Source: Zygophlyctis sp. KS116 (taxonomy: Eukaryota; Fungi; Chytridiomycota). From it: a stretch of DNA of 5,333 nucleotides. Each line of letters begins with the position of its first letter. Position 1 is the stretch's first letter. Below the pieces are notes generated by a model. It saw only the letters and a program-made list of their open reading frames with translations, was not told where the DNA came from and did no database searches. Below, piece by piece: positions 1-5,333 of the stretch. Position numbers and translations under genes: made by a program. The stretch is from assembly GCA_054661495.1 (NCBI GenBank), contig BAAFSQ010000483.1, positions 1 to 5,333 on the forward strand, given 5' to 3'.

Positions 1-40
1 GGTTAATGACAAGAGGTTAAATCTCAAATATAATCTTAAT

Positions 41-146
41 TCAATGAATTTTTAATCGTTCAAGTTGAAAGTTTCTACGGGCAAAGATTGCAGAGAAATC
101 TGATAGTACAATAGATAGTCTTGCACAGGATTTAGATAAAAGTGCA
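41..146 (-). CDS. MTR10: MTR10 terminal exon 9 (SALLSKSCARLSIVLSDFSAIFARRNFQLERLKIH*)
   Basis: In frame after intron 8; DF....RRN resembles fungal Mtr10 C-termini; TGA at 43-41. Confidence 0.83.
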
Positions 147-3065
147 CTAAAGTTATTGAAAATAAATTACCTTGATATCTTGGCTTTAAAAGAGTCTTTA
201 CCGGCCCTGGAAATTTGATCATCAGAAAATCCTTCAACAATATTATAAATGATTTCCAAGAAAAAGTTTGGAGATATTGTATGGAATTCCATAAAGAAAC
301 TTCCAACATAATCTATTACTTCCCTTTCTTTAGGGAAAGTAGTTAAAAGTCCTTTTAAACTGGACTGAATTAGAGTTCCTCCAGATGCAGGATCAATAAA
401 AATTGATTCGATTTTAGATAGATTAGAAGCACTTATACTTTTCTTGATTAATAATTTTGCAAAGTCTGTATACCATAAATAAACTGATATTAAGGCATTC
501 GCAGAGGTTGTTTCCAAGCATCGAAGACTGCATTGGAATATAGTCGGTAAATAAGATAGTGAAATAAGTCCTTCAGGAGACCTATCCATATATTCGGTTA
601 AAAGATTAAAGTAATCTTCGATAGCTATATTTAAGTCAAAATATATTTTACCCTCATCCAAATTGTCAATATCAGCTGTTTGACCTACATACTTGAAAAA
701 TGTATTTGTTGCTTTTTCAACTATTCCATGAGCTAATATGGTTGTTTCACAATCTGATGCGCCGTAAAACTTTATAAATTTTGTGCCTGCCCATAGCCAG
801 CAGCCATATCCAGACATTTCGAAAAATGAAGACAGACTTGAGGCCCATTCTTCCAAAATAACGCCCATAAATGTACGATATGACACAATGGAAGATCGCA
901 TTAACCGAGCACCAGATTCAGCTAGCTTTTGCTGGCGGCCATATGTCATAATTATCTGTTTAATTGCTGGCCAAGAATCTTGAATAATAGAGACACATGG
1001 GTGAGTCTGACCTGGGGCAACTGAAGGTTGTAAAAATCGAAGAAAAACAGAAAATGAGTCCACCAAGTCAATTAATTCTTTTTGGACTTCATCTCCTTGA
1101 GGAGGAAGGTTTGCAATTTCATGAATACGTTCAATTATCGGTAAACAAAACTGCTGAATATATGAGAGGAGATTTTCCAACGGTGCAGCGCTCAAAATAT
1201 GAGCAATTGCCTCGATGACTTGTTTTCGATCTTTATATGGAAGTACACGCATGATGTTTAGATAGAATGAGTGTAGCTGGGGTAAATAATCAATCAAATG
1301 CTAATAATAAGTTTAGATGCTACATACCCTACTGCAAAACTTGCACAAGTCTCTAAATGTTTGTGCAGCTGCTGCCACTGATTCTTTATCTTCAAATCCT
1401 GCCGAGACATATTGAAGTTGATACTGAATCAGTTCAGGGTGATTATTAGTCCATTCAGCATATCTCCCCATAACCAAAATTACAGCATAGCGAACCTTTG
1501 GATGCTGCGGTAATTGAGGAAGTAAAGCCATTATCTGAGGTAAAAAAGTGGATTCCTTGATTGATACTTCCCCACACATGGTTCGCAAAGAAAACAATGG
1601 TGCTTCTATGGCTTGCCAATTCTTTGTTTTTGCCGATTCCATTTGATTAATTATCTGTTCATAAGCCTTCTTTAGAGCTGCAGTCTCTCCTATAATACGC
1701 ACACAATCCTTTAAAACATCTCCTGTGGAATATCTAATAAATTAATTAAATTTTCTTACCTAAATTCTCTAAATTCATCCTTTTCAGCAGCTGAAAAATC
1801 TTGTAGATCAGTTGGATATTCTAAATGTTTGAAAATCATCCCCACAAGATTATCATAAAGAGTAAAAAAGCAAGGGTTATTTAAAGCCTCTGGATGCAAT
1901 AAAAGCTCGTCTGTTAGAGTATGCCAAAAATTAAAAGTAATTTGCACGACTTCTAAAAAATCATACCCTGAACAAATTGCAATTCCATCCAGTATTTTTG
2001 CAAAATGTTGCGGAGATGAAACTATTAAATCAACAAAAGACTCACCAGCTTCTACAAATACTTTTGCAATATCTCGAACTTTAAACGAGTCATCCAACGA
2101 TTGTGCTAATACATCATTTAAAGGATTTAAAAGATTGTATATATGTTCTACCAACGCCATATCCCTTGGATTCCTAGTTGATGAAAATATAATTTCACAA
2201 ATCAAATCACAAGAAATTTCAAAACAATACTGTGAAGATAACCCATCAAATACATTCTTTACGAGCGGCGTTGAAATTACATCTTTTACGAGAATATCTT
2301 TAGATCTTATCCAGCTATACAATGCTTTTAATTTTCTTTCTTCAATAAATGCATTTGAAGAATCTAAATATTAAAAAAATACATTGGAAAAAGAAAGAAA
2401 TCCAATACTTACCAACCAAATCATCAACTTGCACAGCTAAAAACTCTAGTACATTTTTGGAATTAGTAATTAACAACTTTTGTCTAGTATTTTCAATTTC
2501 CTAAATTCATTAGAAAAAATCGCAACAACTTACTTCATTAGTCAAAAACCTATTATCATGAATCTCTTCAGGTAAAACAGTCAAGAAATCTAGTATAATA
2601 GAAATCATATCTGGTTCCTGAGAATAAGTTTGAATCATTAATGCAACTGGATCTACAAAATCTGCAAGTAAAGCAGACAAGTCTGCTAAAGCTAGCACAA
2701 GTTGAGTTACCATTGCTTTTGAAGAATTACGATGAGCGTAGAGTAATGTCATAATTGAATTTAGCAACGACTGACGGGAATGCAGATCCAATTGGTCAAC
2801 ATCATACGATATCTATAGCTTAAGAATAGAATAATCATACCTTTTGCCTAAATGTCTGAGCGGCAAATAGTCTAGCTTCCATTGGCCCATTTTCCATATT
2901 AATCAACTTATCCGCAATTTCCCATGCAGCAGACTAGAATTAACTGCCTTGTCTTACCGTCTTTTGAAATGCTCTTAGCCATTCATCGGCCTCTTTTCTT
3001 TTCTCAGATGTGATCTCTGGTGCTGTAGAAAAGAGAGTATTTATCACTGTCAGAACTTGTTCCAT
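41..3065 (-). CDS. MTR10: Importin-beta family nuclear import receptor Mtr10 / transportin-SR (TNPO3 orthologue); 9 exons: 3065-2958, 2933-2841, 2812-2534, 2500-2413, 2363-1760, 1733-1328, 1300-652, 624-171, 146-41; 2787 nt = 928 aa + stop
   Basis: Manual splicing at GT..AG sites joins ORFs 2510..2791, 1756..2322, 1313..1702 and 167..1297 plus small exons into one open frame from ATG 3065 (MEQVLTVINTLFS...) to TGA 43-41. Motifs seen: IBN_N-like N-terminus (KEADEWLRAFQKT-SAAWEIADKL...ARLFAAQTFRQKISYD), TQLVLALADL, LDFLTVLPEE, ITFNFW, DEFREFRYSTGDVLKDC, WQAIEAPLFSLRTM, HPKVRYAVILVMGRYAEWTNNHPE, AIEDYF, and C-terminal DFSAIFARRN. These match Mtr10/TNPO3 as I recall them, and the length fits the family. 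Confidence 0.93.
147..170 (-). other. MTR10 intron 8, 24 nt (GTAATTTATTTTCAATAACTTTAG), phase 2
   Basis: Its TAA terminates ORF 167..1297; removal adds the final exon with a Mtr10-like C-terminus. Confidence 0.85.
625..651 (-). other. MTR10 intron 7 (predicted), 27 nt (GTAAAATATATTTTGACTTAAATATAG), phase 1, in frame and stop-free
   Basis: GTA..TAG ends, very AT-rich, same size as neighbouring introns; removal gives NLDE-AIEDYF, closer to the family PD(V/T)(I/V)(E/D)DxF motif spacing. Confidence 0.75.
1301..1327 (-). other. MTR10 intron 6, 27 nt (GTATGTAGCATCTAAACTTATTATTAG), phase 0
   Basis: GTATGT donor; in-frame TAA and TAG; removal gives LCKFCSR-HLIDYLPQL. Confidence 0.9.
1734..1759 (-). 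other. MTR10 intron 5, 26 nt (GTAAGAAAATTTAATTAATTTATTAG), phase 2
   Basis: Removal restores the conserved EFREFR-YSTGDVLKDC motif. Confidence 0.92.
2364..2412 (-). other. MTR10 intron 4, 49 nt (GTAAGT...TTAATATTTAG), phase 1
   Basis: GTAAGT donor and T-rich body; removal puts exon 4 in frame with ORF 1756..2322. Confidence 0.85.
2501..2533 (-). other. MTR10 intron 3, 33 nt (GTAAGT...CTAATGAATTTAG), phase 0
   Basis: Consensus GTAAGT donor, CTAAT branch-like motif, in-frame stops. Confidence 0.88.
2813..2840 (-). other. MTR10 intron 2, 28 nt (GTATGATTATTCTATTCTTAAGCTATAG), phase 0
   Basis: GT..AG; removal gives FRQK-ISYDVDQL, in frame with ORF 2510..2791. Confidence 0.9.
2841..2933 (-). CDS. 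MTR10: MTR10 exon 2 (SAAWEIADKLINMENGPMEARLFAAQTFRQK); not in the ORF track
   Basis: 93 nt flanked by AG and GTATG; contains the FAAQT motif typical of IBN_N in this family. Confidence 0.9.
2934..2957 (-). other. MTR10 intron 1, 24 nt (GTAAGACAAGGCAGTTAATTCTAG), phase 0
   Basis: GT..AG; contains in-frame TAA and TAG; removal gives FQKT-SAAWEIAD. Confidence 0.9.
2958..3065 (-). CDS. MTR10: MTR10 exon 1 (36 codons, MEQVLTVINTLFSTAPEITSEKRKEADEWLRAFQKT); not in the ORF track
   Basis: ATG at 3065; ends at a GTAAGA donor in phase 0; encodes an importin-beta first HEAT repeat-like sequence. Confidence 0.88.
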
Positions 3066-3180
3066 AATCTTTTAGGACTGTTAAAACCTGATATTATATC
3101 AATTTTATATCCTTATTAGACAAATTAGTCTCAGGCGAAATGACAATATACTGTATTTTTTAGCATAGTCTCTACTACGA

Positions 3181-4227
3181 CTATTTCCCAATATTCATTT
3201 TCTTGATTAAAATAGATTGTGCAAGGTTTTTTACTTTACTAGCGTATTTACTCCATAAACTGGAATATGCAGACTTGGATGGCCTTCTATGATTAATAGA
3301 TCCACAACATTCCCACATACAGGATTGTAAATCATCTCTAGTCCATTTATTTCTATCATACTCTGATATTAAATTCCACCATTGATTAATTATATCAGAC
3401 ACATGAAAATCAATTGCTGCAAGTTCCCATTCATTTAATTCCAAATCAGAAATTGTAGAATAATCTAAAGTATGAATATGAAATGATAAATTTTCTGTAA
3501 TAGCTTTAGATAAATTTCCATTCTCATCAATGGAATCAAGTAAACTTAAAGTAATATCTTGAATCATTTGAGAGTCTCCCTTCATTCCACCATACGCTTG
3601 TCTTAACTGTAATGAATACACAAGATTTAATTCTAAACAAGGTAATCTGGTAATTGATTTAGATTCGAGTTTTACTACTGATTCAATTGGATAGTTTTTA
3701 TAGTCTAATTGAACTGGATAACAGACTGTAGCTTCAACATGACCTAAAATCCATCCTAAAATAGAATTACAAGGATAAAATCCTTTTGATACTGCAATCA
3801 TTAGCCATACTAATACTGAATAATTGAAATTAATCATTGAATCTTCCAAAAGGATAATGGTCCATCTTCTTAAAAACACGTTTAAATCCAGGTTTATCAA
3901 GTGTTTGGATGTTTTAACTGCTAAATCAGAGTTTCCTCTTCTTGTAGTTTTTTGTAAATGAGATTTTAAAAGAGGAATCATTGCTTTTGAATATTTATCA
4001 AGAGAGTTTTGAGGAGGCTTTTGAGTTGTACAAGTACTGGTAATTAACATGTATCTATTTTCTGATTTCCATACAAACTCTTCTTCCCAACAGACTCCAA
4101 GTGGTTTTTTGTGCAGAAAAGTAGCAACCTTATTTTCCCAATCTAAATGAAATATTGACGGAACCCGATGATCTTCAATTCCTAGAAATGAATCTAAACA
4201 AGACTGTAGTTTTCTTCGTTTAATCAT
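3181..4227 (-). CDS. Uncharacterised 348-aa protein with a RarA/MgsA C-terminal-like helical domain and N-terminal NLS/PIP-box-like motif
   Basis: Uninterrupted ORF; first ATG at 4227 (the track's 4260 start is TTG). Motifs KSHLQKTTRRG, FLRRWTIILLED, LRQAYGGMKGD, AAIDFHV. No Walker A motif seen. The coding status is well supported; the domain assignment is from recalled motifs and is tentative. Confidence 0.8.
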   Translation of the reverse strand: MIKRRKLQSCLDSFLGIEDHRVPSIFHLDWENKVATFLHKKPLGVCWEEEFVWKSENRYMLITSTCTTQKPPQNSLDKYSKAMIPLLKSHLQKTTRRGNSDLAVKTSKHLINLDLNVFLRRWTIILLEDSMINFNYSVLVWLMIAVSKGFYPCNSILGWILGHVEATVCYPVQLDYKNYPIESVVKLESKSITRLPCLELNLVYSLQLRQAYGGMKGDSQMIQDITLSLLDSIDENGNLSKAITENLSFHIHTLDYSTISDLELNEWELAAIDFHVSDIINQWWNLISEYDRNKWTRDDLQSCMWECCGSINHRRPSKSAYSSLWSKYASKVKNLAQSILIKKMNIGK

Positions 4228-4242
4228 TTCTAACCGCGAATA

Positions 4243-4778
4243 ATGATTGAGTTTTATCAACTGGCGAAAAGTACAATTGAATTTTTACTGTATCAGACTA
4301 TGCATTCTCCCAGGTATTTTCATAATTTTGTAATAAAAGTACATTTACAGACCTTTATCGCATGCAGCCGTTACTTGCAGGTAATGATCCAATTCTAAAA
4401 TACTTGAAATCCTACCATACACTTCAAAATGACTTGCGCTCAATACTATCATCAATTGATATCTCTACGATATCATTTGTTTTTGGAACCGTTACATGTC
4501 CGAAACGAATTTACACATTGCAAAAGATAACAGTTACAGATTTACGACAACATTTGCTAGAATTGCTTCAACTGCTATCAAATCAGGATTTAGAGCTGGG
4601 AAATTCTAGATTTTCAATCCTATTTTGGGGGCCTAGAGGAATAGAATCTAATTTAATTAAACCAATTCAAAGATTTAAATTAAAGAATAATATTGATCTT
4701 GTCCGAGGGGTTTGGAATGATGATCATGATTGGGTATGGTATGCATTAAAGTCTACACTTGATTCTATACGAATTTAA
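4243..4778 (+). CDS. MAD2L1BP: p31comet (MAD2L1-binding protein)-like HORMA-domain protein; exons 4243-4313 and 4340-4778; 169 aa
   Basis: Exon 1 MIEFYQLAKSTIEFLLYQTMHSP splices in frame to STFTDLYRMQ... of ORF 4362..4778. Ordered motifs EFLLYQTMHSPSTFTDL (cf. HIMYQRQQLPLPYEQL), FVFGTVTCPKRIYTL (cf. LLGGNALSPKEFYEL), IKPIQRFKL (cf. FRPKLNYRV) and DWVWYALKSTLDSI (cf. DYIWFQAPVTFKGF) parallel human p31comet as I recall it. Confidence 0.7.
4314..4339 (+). other. Intron of the p31comet-like gene, 26 nt (GTATTTTCATAATTTTGTAATAAAAG), phase 2
   Basis: AG|GTA donor; the AAG acceptor at 4339 keeps the frame, whereas the CAG at 4350 does not. Confidence 0.72.
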
Positions 4779-5101
4779 TGTAATGCAATGGAATATTTTA
4801 TTATTTAATTCAATCTTTTGATGAAGATTTCATATCGTTTGGAATTCCTCGTCTTCATTTTAAGATGAGACCATTTGATTTCTAACTCGAAAGAGAATTC
4901 CTTTTAATTCTAAATTGACATGCCTCAGGTTGCAGAACTAATGTAGGAGACACTAAATTACTTCTGTCCGTTTATCGCTTCTTTTCCCTTAAATCTTCCC
5001 GGAAATGCCGCGATAATCTCTGGCCATCTCGATACGTTTGCATAAGTTAATCTTTCATCTACTAATTAAAGATACTTTGAAAATATCAGGGGAACATATC
5101 T

Positions 5102-5333
5102 TTAAGGTATTGCCAATATGAGTTCAGATGAACATGACGCCATGCCGTTGGATGCCGTTGGATGGCTTTGATATTTGGCGTCTGTATATGCCGTTATAGT
5201 CTTTAAATAAATTATAAAACAATGATTCTCTCACTCAACATTTTATTCATCGCCTTACTTCAAACAACTCAAGTACTTGGGAGTGCAGATGGAGTGGCAG
5301 TGGGACTTTACAAAAACTGTATTTCCAATCTCG
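5102..5333 (-). CDS. Possible 3' end of a gene entering from the right edge (exons 5333-5259 and 5200-5102, 58-nt GTAAGG..TAAAG intron); hypothetical
   Basis: A splice model gives an open frame RDWKYSFCKVPLPLHLHSQVLELFE-TITAYTDAKYQ...ILAIP*, with an AT-rich putative intron between less AT-rich segments. No recognisable homology. Confidence 0.2.
5142..5164. repeat. 10-bp tandem duplication (ATGCCGTTGG)x2 + ATG; partial third copy ATGCCGTT at 5188-5195
   Basis: Read directly from the sequence. Confidence 0.85.

Noticed and set aside
52-309. 85-aa minus-strand ORF
   Set aside because: Alternative frame overlapping MTR10 exons 8-9 and intron 8; no recognisable motif.
783-1218. Plus-strand ORFs 783..983 and 997..1218
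   Set aside because: Short antisense shadows of MTR10 exon 7.
2135-2374. 79-aa plus-strand ORF
   Set aside because: Antisense to MTR10 exon 5, starts at TTG, no independent support.
167-2791. Four separate minus-strand genes, or a frameshifted pseudogene
   Set aside because: Every break is bounded by GT..AG with the correct phase, and splicing gives one full-length Mtr10 protein.
147-2957. Alternative genetic code or stop read-through (TAA/TAG reassigned)
   Set aside because: In-frame stops occur only within GT-AG segments, three introns (28, 49, 26 nt) shift the frame, and genes here end in TGA, TAG and TAA.
4228-4260. TTG start at 4260 for the 359-aa ORF
   Set aside because: Eukaryotic context; the first ATG is at 4227 and the extension would overlap exon 1 of the p31comet-like gene.
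4314-4350. 37-nt intron using the CAG acceptor at 4350
   Set aside because: Puts exon 1 out of frame with ORF 4362..4778; the AAG at 4339 keeps the frame and the motif.
4920-5045. Small plus-strand gene using an 18-nt GTTGCA..TAG intron
   Set aside because: The donor does not match the GTA pattern of all other introns, the intron is shorter than any supported one, and the peptide is tiny and unrecognisable.
5142-5195. CRISPR-like or minisatellite array
   Set aside because: Only two adjacent 10-bp units and one partial copy; no spacer structure, and the DNA is eukaryotic.

Overview
AT-rich, very compact eukaryotic genomic DNA, most likely a fungus (an early-diverging, chytrid-like lineage is my inference). 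The ORF track fragments the genes because they contain ultra-short GT-AG introns. (1) 41..3065 (-): a complete 9-exon importin-beta-family gene, MTR10/transportin-SR (TNPO3), 928 aa after splicing, with eight introns of 24, 28, 33, 49, 26, 27, 27 and 24 nt. One 27-nt intron is in frame and stop-free, so it is hidden inside ORF 167..1297. (2) 3181..4227 (-): an apparently intronless 348-aa uncharacterised protein with an N-terminal KRRK plus PIP-box-like motif and motifs recalling the RarA/MgsA C-terminal helical domain, without an ATPase. (3) 4243..4778 (+): a 2-exon, 169-aa p31comet (MAD2L1BP)-like HORMA protein whose first exon the ORF track misses. Its ATG lies only 15 nt from the divergent ATG of gene 2. 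(4) 4779..5333 is unresolved: a possible 3' end of another minus-strand gene or decayed coding sequence, containing a 10-bp tandem duplication. All family assignments come from recalled motifs, not from database searches.
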